Source: Fimbriimonadia bacterium
Lineage (GTDB): Bacteria; Armatimonadota; Fimbriimonadia; Fimbriimonadales; JABRVX01
Length of the DNA: 64,000 nucleotides
Assembly (NCBI GenBank): GCA_041483895.1
Contig: JBGPGO010000007.1
Coordinates: forward strand, 1-64,000
Reading direction: 5' to 3'
Part shown: positions 18,173 to 28,461 of the stretch, piece after piece
Layout: the number at the start of each line of letters is the position of its first letter
Position numbering within the stretch: position 1 is the first letter of the stretch
Notes under the pieces: model-generated
What the model was told of the DNA's origin: nothing
The model's input: only the letters and a program-made list of their open reading frames with translations
Database searches by the model: none
Position numbers and translations under genes: made by a program

Positions 18173-21100
18173 GTCTCGCACGATTCTCCGTTTCGCGCCC
18201 GGTTGCTGTTACGATGCGCATCGCGGCGCTTGTGCTTCTCGGCGCCATCTGTCTGACCAAACTTCCGATTGACCTCTTGCCCAAGATATCTCTTCCCATT
18301 GTCGCGGTCAACACCGCCTGGCCCAACGTCGCTCCGGAAGAGATGGAGACACAGGTGACGCGCATCATCGAGCAGGCCGTCTCCTCCGCTCCGAACGTTT
18401 ATCAGGTCAGCTCCACATCAAGTCTCGGCCAATCGACGGTGCGCGTACAATTCAATTGGGGTACCGACATTGGGCAGGCCGCGGTGGATGTGATGCAGCT
18501 TGTTCAGCGCGCGCGGAATCAGCTTCCCAACGACCCGACGCTTCAGGTGCCATCGGTCTTCAAATACGATCCCTCGCAGCTCCCGATCCTGATCATGGCG
18601 GCCTCCGGGATCGACGATCCGGTGAAGCTGCGAACGATTCTGGTGAACGAGATCGGCCCGATGATCGAGTCCGCGGATGGGGTGGCGGCGGCGACAATCA
18701 CGGGCGGCGACCAGCGCAGCATCATCGTCGACGTGGACCCCAAAAAGCTCCAGGCCTATAACCTTTCCCTCGACGATATTTCCCAGCGACTGAGCCAGGA
18801 GAACATCAACCAGCCGGCGGGGATCGCGAAAGAGGGAAAGACGGAGCTCACGATCCGCGCGATCGGTTATTTTGATTCCCCGCAGGATGCGGCCCGTGTT
18901 CCGGTTGGCAACTTTGCCGGAAAAGTTGTCACCGTTGGCGACATCGCGACGATAAGAGATTCGCATCAAGAGACTCGAATCTTGACGCGATTGAATGGCA
19001 AATCGGCCGTCGGCGTGATCATCACCAAACAGAGTGATGCCAATACGGTGGCGACCGCCGAGAACGTGCGGCAAAAGATATTGGATATCAATCGGCTCTA
19101 TCCCGACATCAAATTCGGGATTGCCTACAACCAGGCCGGGTTCATCTCAAATTCCATTCACGACCTGATGACAACGGCGATGATTGGCGCGACCCTGGCC
19201 ATCATCATTCTTCTGTTTTTCTTGCGCAACGTTCGAAGCACCCTGGTTGTCGCAATGTCAATTCCCGTCTCTATCATTTCCACGTTTGCGTTGCTCTATT
19301 TCTGCGGGTTCACGCTTAATACAATCTCGCTCAGCGGGTTGGCTTTGGCGACCGGACTGATCGTCGATGACGCGGTGGTGGTGCTCGAGAACATTTTTCG
19401 GCACATCGAGCGGGACAAACGCACTCCGGTGGACGCCGCCGTGTCCGCTTCCAATGAAATCATATCCGCAGTCGTCGCTTCCACACTCACAATCATCGTC
19501 GTGTTCATCCCATTGTTTTTCATCAAGGGGCAGGCCGGGCAGACATTCAGTCAGTTCGCGCTCGTCGTTATCTTCTCCATCTCCATCTCTCTGCTCGATG
19601 CCGCAACTGTCGTGCCCATGCTGGCCTCGCGCCTCATCAAGGACACGCATGTACATGACGACACTGTTCCAAATCCAACACTGATGCAGCGATTTTTCAA
19701 TTGGTCGGGAAGTCGATTCAATGCCTTGGACACAGCATACCGCCGAGGTCTGAAATGGGCGATTCACCATCGCAAGGTCATCATCGGATTCGCGGCGGTC
19801 ACGACGCTGGCCTCGCTGTTAATCGTCCCCATGATCGGAAGCGAGATGCTGCCGCAGACCGACAGCGGCGATTTCAACGTTAACATCAAATATCCCGTTG
19901 GCACAGCTCTAACTGTGACGAATGCGGGTGTGCGACAGGCCGAAAAGATTTTGATGGATGATCCGGATGTGGAAACCGTGTTCTCGGCGGCCGGCACCAA
20001 CTTGGGAATTCGCGGCGCCACAAGCGCACAAACATCCTATCAGGGGTCCGCTTCGGTCCGACTTAAAGATAACCGGCGGCGCAAAACGCAGGACGTGATC
20101 AAAGACTTGCAGCGGAAGCTGGCCTCCATCGCCGGCGCCAGGATCATCGTCACGCCATACGACCTCGTCTCTCAGATATTGACGGGAAATGCCACGAACA
20201 TGGAAGTGGACGTATTCGGGCAGAATTTGACAGCGCTCACCTCAACGGCGAAAGCCGTGATGGAGCGGCTGAGAACGGTGCCGGGCCTCGAGAGCGTCGA
20301 CCTGGGTGTCCAGGACGCCACGCCGGAACTGCAATGGAAAGTAGACCGCCGCAAGGCACAGCTTTTCGGCCTCAACTTCTCCGACATTGCCAACGTGCTG
20401 ACGACAAGCACCAGCGGCAAGCTATCGAGCTACTATCAGGAAAACGGCTTCCAGTACCCGATCTATGTCCAAATGCCGGAGGACGAGCGAAAATCGGTGG
20501 ATTCGCTGTTCAATCTGCCGCTGTCGACGAGCTCAGGAAAGCAGGTGCTGTTAGGGCAGGTCGCGCAACCGGTGTATGGCTTGGGACCAAACCAAGTGAC
20601 GCGCCAGGATCGCCAGAGGTTTATCTCCGTCACGGGCCGGTTGCAGGATCGGCCGGAGAGCGAAGTGCAGGCGGACATAACAAAGTCGCTGTCCGCCATG
20701 AGCTTTACGCAAGGAACCTATTGGAGTTTTGGGACGCAGCAGAAGCGGCGGGCGGAGGAGTTCTCGGGTCTTGGTCTGGCTGTTTTCCTTGCCATCGCTC
20801 TCATTTACATGCTGCTGGCATCGCAGTTTGAGTCGTTTGTATATCCGCTGATTGTTTTGACCAGCGTACCCCTCTGTGCTGTTGGTGTCGTGCTGGCCTT
20901 GTTCCTGACAGGCCGCAACTTTGGACTCACAGCATTTATCGGTCTGCTGATGTTGATTGGAATCGTCGTTAAGAATGGCATCCTGCTCGTCGACTACACA
21001 AATCGGCTTCGGGGTCGTGGCATGCCCAGAGATGAGGCGATCCTGACGGCGGGCCCCACACGACTTCGGCCGATCCTCATGACATCCTGCGCGGCGGTTC

Positions 21101-21363
21101 TCGGCATGTTTCCATTGGCATTGGCCCTCGGTCGCGGATCGGAAACACAGGCGCCGCTTGCCACCGCCGTCATCGGAGGGCTGATCACTTCGACGGTCCT
21201 TACCCTCTTCGTCGTCCCCGTTGTTTACACGTTGTTTGACGATTTGGCTCGACGGCGACGCAAGGATGACCGCGACTTGGCGCAATCATCGCTTGGACCG
21301 GGGGCCCTAGTGCCGCTTGTCCCGAGCGGAGCCGAGGGAACCGGGGAGGCGCTCGATGAATGA
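18169..21363 (+). CDS. RND efflux permease (AcrB/AcrD/AcrF family)
   Basis: GLIVDDAVVVLENI, GIVVKNGILLVD, RLRPILMT. Confidence 0.96.
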   Translation: MSLARFSVSRPVAVTMRIAALVLLGAICLTKLPIDLLPKISLPIVAVNTAWPNVAPEEMETQVTRIIEQAVSSAPNVYQVSSTSSLGQSTVRVQFNWGTDIGQAAVDVMQLVQRARNQLPNDPTLQVPSVFKYDPSQLPILIMAASGIDDPVKLRTILVNEIGPMIESADGVAAATITGGDQRSIIVDVDPKKLQAYNLSLDDISQRLSQENINQPAGIAKEGKTELTIRAIGYFDSPQDAARVPVGNFAGKVVTVGDIATIRDSHQETRILTRLNGKSAVGVIITKQSDANTVATAENVRQKILDINRLYPDIKFGIAYNQAGFISNSIHDLMTTAMIGATLAIIILLFFLRNVRSTLVVAMSIPVSIISTFALLYFCGFTLNTISLSGLALATGLIVDDAVVVLENIFRHIERDKRTPVDAAVSASNEIISAVVASTLTIIVVFIPLFFIKGQAGQTFSQFALVVIFSISISLLDAATVVPMLASRLIKDTHVHDDTVPNPTLMQRFFNWSGSRFNALDTAYRRGLKWAIHHRKVIIGFAAVTTLASLLIVPMIGSEMLPQTDSGDFNVNIKYPVGTALTVTNAGVRQAEKILMDDPDVETVFSAAGTNLGIRGATSAQTSYQGSASVRLKDNRRRKTQDVIKDLQRKLASIAGARIIVTPYDLVSQILTGNATNMEVDVFGQNLTALTSTAKAVMERLRTVPGLESVDLGVQDATPELQWKVDRRKAQLFGLNFSDIANVLTTSTSGKLSSYYQENGFQYPIYVQMPEDERKSVDSLFNLPLSTSSGKQVLLGQVAQPVYGLGPNQVTRQDRQRFISVTGRLQDRPESEVQADITKSLSAMSFTQGTYWSFGTQQKRRAEEFSGLGLAVFLAIALIYMLLASQFESFVYPLIVLTSVPLCAVGVVLALFLTGRNFGLTAFIGLLMLIGIVVKNGILLVDYTNRLRGRGMPRDEAILTAGPTRLRPILMTSCAAVLGMFPLALALGRGSETQAPLATAVIGGLITSTVLTLFVVPVVYTLFDDLARRRRKDDRDLAQSSLGPGALVPLVPSGAEGTGEALDE

Positions 21364-21808
21364 TCAAACTCTTCAGCGGGCCGCAAATCTGGAAGATCTT
21401 CTTCCCAAAATCCTGCGGAGTCTTACCGAAATATCGACCGATCCGCTCGCCGACATCTCCCTCTCCCAACTTCGCGTTTTGCGAATCATATCCGAATGCG
21501 GCGGTACGCCAACCGCGATAAGCCAGGACCTTGGACTGACGGTCAGCGCCGTGACGCAAATCGCGAATCGATTGGAGCGGCGAGGCCTGATCGCACGATC
21601 GGACGATCCGGTTGATCGCCGCATCAAGCATTTGGCTCTGTCGGACAGTGGACGGGAGCTGATGAAGCGACGTCGAGAAATGCGGACGCGGCGGGCGGCG
21701 GCTATCCTTTGCCGACTGCCGGAGGGCCGTCAAGACGAACTTTTACGGTCCCTGAACGAACTGTTATGGGCATCGAACGCCGACACGGAAGTTGAGGAAG
21801 GCTCTTGA
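21356..21808 (+). CDS. MarR-family transcriptional regulator
   Basis: SQLRVL...SAVTQIANRLERRGLIAR..DPVDRR. Confidence 0.92.
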   Translation: MNDQTLQRAANLEDLLPKILRSLTEISTDPLADISLSQLRVLRIISECGGTPTAISQDLGLTVSAVTQIANRLERRGLIARSDDPVDRRIKHLALSDSGRELMKRRREMRTRRAAAILCRLPEGRQDELLRSLNELLWASNADTEVEEGS

Positions 21809-23151
21809 ATCCATTGATCTTTTTGGCGGCGATTTCGGCATGCCTGCAGACGCAAACACCGCCGATAAAACCAAACCTGCAAGAGGTGCCGATTCCCCCT
21901 GCCATCACCTTGGAAGGGCCGGAAAAGGTCGAGATTTCGAATGCTCCGATCACCGCGGATGAGGCGGCGCGCATCGCTGTCGCCAAGAGTCCCGTGGTGG
22001 AGGGCGTGCGGCAGGACGCCAACGCGGCGGCAGGCAGGACCCGCCAGAGCCGCGCCGGCCTGAACCCTTCCATGTCACTTTCTTCGGCTGCAACGCAGTT
22101 GAAGGCGATCGACGAATCCGCAACGACAAGCGGCAATCGAGTGGGAAGTCTGACGCAGGGTATCCAATCCAGCTTGACGGTCCGGCTGCTCGTTCTCGAT
22201 TTCAATCATGCGCGTGACCTGATGAGGCAAGCGACGTCGTTTGAAGACTCCGCAATCCGAAATATTACGAGAGCGGAATCCGACACGGCCCTGCTTGCGA
22301 AGCTGGCATTTTACACCTTTGCGCAGAACACACAGCTCGTCTTGGTTAATGAGGCAAACGTAAAGAGCCGTCAAGCGCAGGTCGATCTCGCGCAAGCACG
22401 GTTGGACTCTGGACTTGGCGCGCCCGCCGATCTCGTCCAAGCGAACACGAACCTGGCCGATGCGGTGCAGTCGTTGAACATCGCGCGAAATGCCGCACTG
22501 ACCTCGCGCATTTCACTGGCGCAAACGATGGGCATCGACCCGCGAACGCCCATCAATCTAGCGGACACGCACGAAGCGCAGGCCGCAGAGCAGCCGCTAA
22601 GCAAACTCGTGGAGACAGCGCTCTCCCAAAGGCCGGAAATCCATCAGGCGGACGACCTGATCGCCGCCGCAAAATATGGAATCGGCATCGCGCGGACGAC
22701 GGACAGACCGAGTCTATCGCTCAGCGCCGGTCTGTCCGCTCGCGGCGAGGAAGACCCATTTCGCGGCGCGACCGGCCTGGCAACGTTGACCCTATCCTGG
22801 CCGATCTCCGATGGCGGTCTGACAACAGGCAGAGTGCAGGAGGCGAAGGCCAACTTGCGAATCGCGCAGGCAGCCCGGCGCCAGACGGAACTTACCGTTA
22901 TCCAAGACGTATCGGCGTCGCTGGTGCAGCTCCAATCTGCCCAGCAGCGCGTCGGCATCGCCCAAGCGGAAGTGAAAAATGCCGAAGAGAGCGTGCGACT
23001 GTCCGAGGGAAGATATCAGGCAGGTCTCGTGACATTTATCGAGGTGACCGCCGCGCAGGCCGCGCTTGTGGTGGCGCAGACCAACGCAACGAACGCGGTT
23101 TTCGCAGTGGATCAGGCGCGCGCCACACTGCGGAGGGCAGTAGCAGATTAG
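21805..23151 (+). CDS. TolC-family outer membrane efflux protein
   Basis: Two OEP repeats; ALSQRPEI, RYQAGLVTFIEV. Confidence 0.9.
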   Translation: MNPLIFLAAISACLQTQTPPIKPNLQEVPIPPAITLEGPEKVEISNAPITADEAARIAVAKSPVVEGVRQDANAAAGRTRQSRAGLNPSMSLSSAATQLKAIDESATTSGNRVGSLTQGIQSSLTVRLLVLDFNHARDLMRQATSFEDSAIRNITRAESDTALLAKLAFYTFAQNTQLVLVNEANVKSRQAQVDLAQARLDSGLGAPADLVQANTNLADAVQSLNIARNAALTSRISLAQTMGIDPRTPINLADTHEAQAAEQPLSKLVETALSQRPEIHQADDLIAAAKYGIGIARTTDRPSLSLSAGLSARGEEDPFRGATGLATLTLSWPISDGGLTTGRVQEAKANLRIAQAARRQTELTVIQDVSASLVQLQSAQQRVGIAQAEVKNAEESVRLSEGRYQAGLVTFIEVTAAQAALVVAQTNATNAVFAVDQARATLRRAVAD

Positions 23152-23843
23152 CTCTCCGTCGGCATATGCATGTACATCGACTGTAACGCGATGCGTCCGG
23201 GACCGGAAAATCTGTTCCAGAATATCTGTCCGGCGCTTGCAAACAGTCCGCTGGAAAACTTCTGGAAGATCGTCTCCATGGACACGGAGCGATCCTTATA
23301 GACCCATCCGCCCGGCTCGATATCGATCTGCTCGCCCGGTTGCAAATTCACTTCGAACACATTGCCGTACCCATGCAGCCACAGAATCCCTTCACGGTCG
23401 GGACAGTAAAAGGTGTCGATGAAAAAGCCCGTGCCGCTGAACAGAAGGTTGGCAACGCCCTTCACCCGCTGAAAGGTGTATTCAATGTTATCCGTTGCGG
23501 CAAGAAACTGGTGCTCGCGAACATCCACGCCCTGACCCTGGTTGAGGTGAAGCGCGAAAACATGGCCAACGCCGTCGCGGCTGAATGCGATGCGGCCGGG
23601 ACCGCTCGCGACCGTCATGAAGACCGGCATGCCGGAAAGAATCCGCTTGATAGCGCCCTTCAGCGGCTTCAAACCGATGTCTACCCGCGGGTCTTTCCAC
23701 AAGAGGATGTGGTGCTCGAAGAAAACCGGCATCGCGGACAGCTCAACATGGAGAGCGGGTACAAGCTCTCCTTCGATGTGATAGGTTACGCCGGCAAACG
23801 TTTCGTCACGGGCGGCGGTCGGGAGCAGGGTTGGAACGGGCAC
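23148..23843 (-). CDS. AIM24-family protein
   Basis: YHIEGELVP, GPGRIAF, FSGPGRIALQSM. Confidence 0.85.
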   Translation of the reverse strand: MPVPTLLPTAARDETFAGVTYHIEGELVPALHVELSAMPVFFEHHILLWKDPRVDIGLKPLKGAIKRILSGMPVFMTVASGPGRIAFSRDGVGHVFALHLNQGQGVDVREHQFLAATDNIEYTFQRVKGVANLLFSGTGFFIDTFYCPDREGILWLHGYGNVFEVNLQPGEQIDIEPGGWVYKDRSVSMETIFQKFSSGLFASAGQIFWNRFSGPGRIALQSMYMHMPTES

Positions 23844-23942
23844 TTTCTTGTTACCTCCAATGAGTTACAACCCTTATTCGCCGTGCCCAGAGCCTACCCT
23901 TTATCACGTGTAGTTATTCGGACCTTTTCATCAGGCCATTTC

Positions 23943-24157
23943 ATTGAAGATCGCATTGTCAAACGCCGCGCTGTGTTGGGGTCCTCGTCCACAGATACCC
24001 TTGGCCCGACGACACCAAAGACCCCAACACAAGCACTCTCTATTGATGATCGCATCGTCAGCCCGCGCGCTGTGTTGGGGTCCTCGTCCACAGATACCCT
24101 TGGCCAGGCGATAACAAAGACCCCAACACTTTGCCCATTGACGACGGCGTCGTCAAC
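23943..24157. repeat. Tandem ~99-bp direct repeat (2 copies plus a partial third), each copy with GTGTTGGGGTC...GACCCCAACAC inverted arms
   Basis: Units start at 23943 and 24042; partial unit at 24137. Confidence 0.9.
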
Positions 24158-24181
24158 AACGTAAACTCGGCCTGGTGATCT

Positions 24182-24850
24182 ATGCGCGCACAAAATTCTC
24201 TGACTCCGGTCTTGATCGGCTTTGATGCCCGATCGATGATTGCACCAGAGGCTCTGTGGAATCAGGAGCGTCGAGAAACGTATCTTCTCCGCCCTGAACT
24301 CCCGATCCCGATGTCGCTCGACGACTGGGGCTGGCCTTCTGTCCTTGACGACGTGTGGGAGAAGATGCCCGGTTGGCTCGGCCATAACATGCCATTATGG
24401 GAAGAGCTTGATCAACTCCAGACCGTATTGAGTTCCGAAGTCTGTGATTCGGTCGATCCGTATTGGCTGGTTGCTTTCACCGTTATGGTTGACGCCAAGA
24501 GTATTGATCGGATCAGAGAAACTGAATATAAGTCGGTAGGTGATAATGAAGCGCCGCCCAGGCTCTTCCCGACCAAGCCGCCGGATATCCAACATGGTTG
24601 GACGTTCCTCGGATACGATGTCGCCGACGGCAGCATCAGCGGCCTCAGCAACTGCGGGTATACAGAGGAGGACGATCCCCCGAAATTGCGCCGCGAGTGG
24701 GGTCCAAAACTCAATGGCTACGGTCTGCTGATGGACCTCCAGGACGCCGTCGAATTCACCGCCTTCACGGACGAGAGGGTAAAGGAGCACGCCCCATTTT
24801 TCATCTACGGGATTTGGCTGATCGAGAAAGTTGAAGGGATGCGAGGCTGA
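24182..24850 (+). CDS. Hypothetical protein
   Basis: Protein-like composition; WTFLGYDVADGSISGLSNCGY, LNGYGLL, EHAPFFIYGIW. Confidence 0.7.
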   Translation: MRAQNSLTPVLIGFDARSMIAPEALWNQERRETYLLRPELPIPMSLDDWGWPSVLDDVWEKMPGWLGHNMPLWEELDQLQTVLSSEVCDSVDPYWLVAFTVMVDAKSIDRIRETEYKSVGDNEAPPRLFPTKPPDIQHGWTFLGYDVADGSISGLSNCGYTEEDDPPKLRREWGPKLNGYGLLMDLQDAVEFTAFTDERVKEHAPFFIYGIWLIEKVEGMRG

Positions 24851-25001
24851 AAGGAACCCATTGGTCCCAAAGACCCAAAGAGTAGACAAGCGTCTATGCC
24901 TCGTGGTACACTCTCCCCAATGCGTGCACGCAGTCGGTCGGAAAAGTAGTCACATGTGACTATCATCCGGGACGAAGCGGATAGATACCTGCCCTAGAGG
25001 T

Positions 25002-25152
25002 CTGCCCTGAGCGGAGCCGATGGGCAAGTGCATCCGAAAGTAGAGTTCCGGTTTTGGGTGGGGTGGTTACCGTCAACGGTATTGAATCAAGCAACAGCGA
25101 AGGGCTTGTCCCGAGCGCAATCGAGGGGCTTGTCTAGAGCGAACGAGAGGGA
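25002..25152. repeat. Cluster of ~24-bp REP-like units (CTTGTCCCGAGCG-N4-CGAGGG type)
   Basis: Units near 25002, 25104 and 25128; a further copy lies at 21315-21339. Confidence 0.65.
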
Positions 25153-25319
25153 TCAGACCGGCACTGGCCACCCTCCCAACCAAATCAATTACAGGAAAAA
25201 CCTCATCCTGCCGGATGGCGGGACGCTTCTTGCTGCCTTCCACCCGTATCTTCGCGGCCACTCGGTAGACGCGGGCCGTCTCGCCGATTCCTATCGATCA
25301 CAAATTCCAAGGCCCGCCG

Positions 25320-26084
25320 TCAAGCGACCGCGCCTGCGGCGATCTCCGTCTTCCCCTCCTGCCGCAGGCCATCCAGCGCCAATTTGTAGGCCGGCATCTC
25401 GTCCTTGTCCGGAACGAAGATCATGGCGACGGTGAGCAGGCCGGCGTTGCGGGCGACGGCATCCATAATCACGCGGGCCGCAAAGCCCTTATCGTCCCGG
25501 TCGCCGGAATATTCAAAATCGCTGGAAAAGTCCGCCAAGATAACCCCATCGGCCTGATGCTTTCCCGCTTCGTAGATGGCATGGTCATAGGCTTTCGCCG
25601 CGACGGCAGGCGAGGTCAGGCCGTTGTCATCGAAAATGTTCACCGCAATGATCTCCTTGGCCTTGAATCGTCCCCCAAAGACAGAGCGCGCCTCGCACGG
25701 GTCCAGGTCGCCCAGCTCGCGCAACATGTCTTGAATGACATCGCCGCCCTCGTCCCTCACCATCTTACCGGTAGTCTTCCCTATCCAGCCGTCGGCCTTC
25801 GTCGCCACAATAATCGCTCCGGCGTTCAGCTTTTTCAGCGTCGTCCCCGGCTTGTTGAATAGCTGCACGCGCACGTCCCGGTATACGACCTCGTCATCCG
25901 GCTGGACATAGGTCATCTTGTGGACGAGAAAGCATAGGAAGAGCACACCAAGGATGATGATGGCGAGCGCGACCATGTTCATCCACTCGCTGCCGAGCCG
26001 TTCGACGGGAGTGTTGAAGAACTGGGCGTAACCACCGACGGCGGCAAGAGACAGCATGATGAGAGCAGCGAATTTGTAGGACAC
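25320..26084 (-). CDS. Membrane-anchored macro-domain-like protein
   Basis: Signal peptide and TM helix, then AGAIIVATKADGWIGKTTGK..G..IQ..L...EARSVFGGRFKAKEIIAV resembling a degenerate macro fold; GGAGG RBS upstream of the GTG start. Confidence 0.6.
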   Translation of the reverse strand: MSYKFAALIMLSLAAVGGYAQFFNTPVERLGSEWMNMVALAIIILGVLFLCFLVHKMTYVQPDDEVVYRDVRVQLFNKPGTTLKKLNAGAIIVATKADGWIGKTTGKMVRDEGGDVIQDMLRELGDLDPCEARSVFGGRFKAKEIIAVNIFDDNGLTSPAVAAKAYDHAIYEAGKHQADGVILADFSSDFEYSGDRDDKGFAARVIMDAVARNAGLLTVAMIFVPDKDEMPAYKLALDGLRQEGKTEIAAGAVA

Positions 26085-26150
26085 GGTTCGGAAGACCTCC
26101 ACGCGGCTATTATGGCCCGGATTGACGGAACCGAGCAACTTCAAGAAAGA

Positions 26151-26188
26151 CCCCCACCCTAACCCTCCCCCGCAAGCGGGGGAGGGAA
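26151..26188. repeat. REP-like palindrome CCCCCACCCTAA-CCCTCCCCCGC-AA-GCGGGGGAGGG
   Basis: Perfect 11-bp stem; resembles the widespread 'PHPNPPPQAGEG'-translating intergenic repeat. Confidence 0.75.
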
Positions 26189-26223
26189 TTAAGACCATAG
26201 TACTCGGGAGGTGGAATAAGACC

Positions 26224-27150
26224 TTAGAACGGGGTGCCGGTGGTGTGCGTGAGGTTGTGGTACTCGGCCATGATCTTGCGGGTGATCGGGCCCGGGACGC
26301 CGCCGCCAATCGGCCGGGAGTCCAGCGAAATCATCCCGATGATCTCCGCTGCGGTGCCGGTGAGGAACACCTCATCCGCGCTGACCACATCGAACATCGT
26401 AGTGCGCTCTTCAACCACGTCGTGGCCCAAGTTGGCCGCGATGTCCATAACAACCCGGCGCGTGATTCCGTTCAAAATGCCGCAGGCGGTCGTCGGCGTC
26501 GAGACCTTGTTGCCGTGGATGACGAAGATGTTGTCGCCCGTCGCCTCCGCCACATGGCCCTCGGTATTCAGCATCAAGCCCTCGCCCGCCCCCTGGCGAT
26601 TTGCCTCAAGCTTCGCTTGGATGTTCGCCACATATCGGCCGATGGTCTTGATTTGCGGGTCGAGGCACTGGGCCGGGAACACGCGCGTCGAGCAGGTGAT
26701 CACTTTAAGTCCTTCTTGATACTGCTGCTCATTATAAAGCCGTAAGAAATTCACCATTACCATGACGTTGGGCGTCTGGTTGATTTTCCACGGATCGAGG
26801 CCCAAACCGGTCCCCCGCGAAACATTGAGCCGCACGTAGCCATCGGTCAAGTCGGCCTGAGGGCAGACATTGAGAATAATCTCGCGAAGCTCTTCAACAG
26901 GCATCATCCCGCGGATGTCCAGCATGTTGACACCATCGTACAGCCGGCTAAGATGCTCATCCAGCTTGAAAATCCTGCGATCGTAGAAACGAATCCCTTC
27001 GAATAGGCCGTCCCCGTACAGATGGGCGTGGTCGGCCGCCGGCGTGGTGGCTTCGGCAAGCGGCTTGATCGTGCCGTTGAGCCATACGATGGGGCCGGTC
27101 GTGGTAGGGCTAATTACAGCCTGGGATTCCAATGAACTCATCGTTGCCAT
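26224..27150 (-). CDS. ilvE: Branched-chain amino acid aminotransferase
   Basis: LYGDGLFEGIR, EATGDNIF, ILNGITR, ADEVFLTGTAAE. Confidence 0.93.
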   Translation of the reverse strand: MATMSSLESQAVISPTTTGPIVWLNGTIKPLAEATTPAADHAHLYGDGLFEGIRFYDRRIFKLDEHLSRLYDGVNMLDIRGMMPVEELREIILNVCPQADLTDGYVRLNVSRGTGLGLDPWKINQTPNVMVMVNFLRLYNEQQYQEGLKVITCSTRVFPAQCLDPQIKTIGRYVANIQAKLEANRQGAGEGLMLNTEGHVAEATGDNIFVIHGNKVSTPTTACGILNGITRRVVMDIAANLGHDVVEERTTMFDVVSADEVFLTGTAAEIIGMISLDSRPIGGGVPGPITRKIMAEYHNLTHTTGTPF

Positions 27151-27251
27151 AGATCCTCCTCATTGAGGTGTTGTCCCTTCGTTGGGGCTATCTGCATCAT
27201 AACCCAAAGATCGGTCTCTTGGCCACCCCAGGGGACTGCTGGTACAGACAA

Positions 27252-28409
27252 TTATTCGAGGCGCCTAAGCCGATCTCCTGCCGCATCCAGGGTTTCATCC
27301 CGCTTGCAAAAGCAGAATCGGACGTTCTGAGAGCCAAGCCTGGGTTCGCTGAAAAAGCTGCTCCCCGGCACGACGGCAACTCCGATCTCTTCAATCAGAC
27401 GCCGGGTGAAGGCCACGTCGTCCGATGCGCCGAACCCAGAGATGTCGGTCCAAATGTAATACGCTCCTTGTGGGGGAAAGCACCGGAAGCCTGCCCTATC
27501 AAGATCCGGAAGAAGGCGGTCCCGGCGTGCCTGATAGCCCTGCGCAAGCTTATTGTAATAGTCATCCGGCAGGTTTAAGGCGACCGCGCCGGCCTGCTGG
27601 AGCGGGGCGGCCGCTCCGACCGTGACGAAATCATGAACCTTCCGGATCGCGCCGGTAACTTCGGGCGGAGCGATGGCCCAGCCAACCCGCCAGCCGGTGA
27701 CGGAATAGGTTTTGGATAGGCTGTTGATCGTGACCGTCCGTTCGCGCATGCCGTCCAAGGTTGCGATGGGGATATGCTTCGTTCCGTCGTAAGTGATGTA
27801 CTCGTAAATCTCGTCCGATAACGCGATCACGTCGAATTCGATGCACAGGTCCGCGATGGCGCGCAGCTCCTCATGAGAGAACACTTTGCCGGTCGGATTG
27901 TTTGGGGAGTTGAAGATGACGGCCTTGGTTTTTGGTCCGAACGCGGCACGAAGCTCGTCCGGGTCCAACTGAAAGTAGGGCGGGCGGAGCGACACGTAAC
28001 GCGATTTCGCGCCACAGAGAATCGCATCGGGCCCATAGTTTTCGTAGAACGGCTCGAAGACCACCACCTCGTCCCCCGGATTGACAATGGCGAGGAGAGA
28101 AGAAAGCATCGCCTCCGTCGAGCCGCAACAGACCGTAATCTCCCGCTCCGGGTCAACCTCCATGCCGTAGCTTTTGGCGAAGCGTGCAGCAATCGCATCT
28201 CGCAACGGTTTGGCCCCCCAGGTGATGGCATATTGATTGAAATCGCTTTGCAGGGCCTCGCATGCGGCGTCCTTGATTTCTTGCGGGCAGGGGAAGTCGG
28301 GGAAGCCTTGGGCAAGATTGACCGCGCCGTGCTTGGCAGCGACGCGGGTCATCTCGCGGATCACGCTCTCAGTGAATCCGGAGGCTTTTTCCGAAACAAA
28401 CCGGTGCAT
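27252..28409 (-). CDS. Class I/II PLP-dependent aminotransferase
   Basis: NLAQGFPDF, NSPNNPTG, SDEIYE, SLSKTYSVTGWRVG. Confidence 0.95.
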   Translation of the reverse strand: MHRFVSEKASGFTESVIREMTRVAAKHGAVNLAQGFPDFPCPQEIKDAACEALQSDFNQYAITWGAKPLRDAIAARFAKSYGMEVDPEREITVCCGSTEAMLSSLLAIVNPGDEVVVFEPFYENYGPDAILCGAKSRYVSLRPPYFQLDPDELRAAFGPKTKAVIFNSPNNPTGKVFSHEELRAIADLCIEFDVIALSDEIYEYITYDGTKHIPIATLDGMRERTVTINSLSKTYSVTGWRVGWAIAPPEVTGAIRKVHDFVTVGAAAPLQQAGAVALNLPDDYYNKLAQGYQARRDRLLPDLDRAGFRCFPPQGAYYIWTDISGFGASDDVAFTRRLIEEIGVAVVPGSSFFSEPRLGSQNVRFCFCKRDETLDAAGDRLRRLE

Positions 28410-28461
28410 TGTGGGAGGTTACCTTATGGCCCCGTTGGTTTCTTGGTGGCCATCAAATAGA

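Noticed and set aside
23943..24157. CRISPR array
   Set aside because: There are only two full units, the 99-bp period is too long, the inter-arm sequence is largely identical rather than unique spacers, and no cas genes are present.
23894..24385. ORFs spanning the tandem repeat (23894-24385 minus; 23340-24164 plus)
   Set aside because: They overlap real genes in antisense and stay open only because the repeat period is a multiple of 3.
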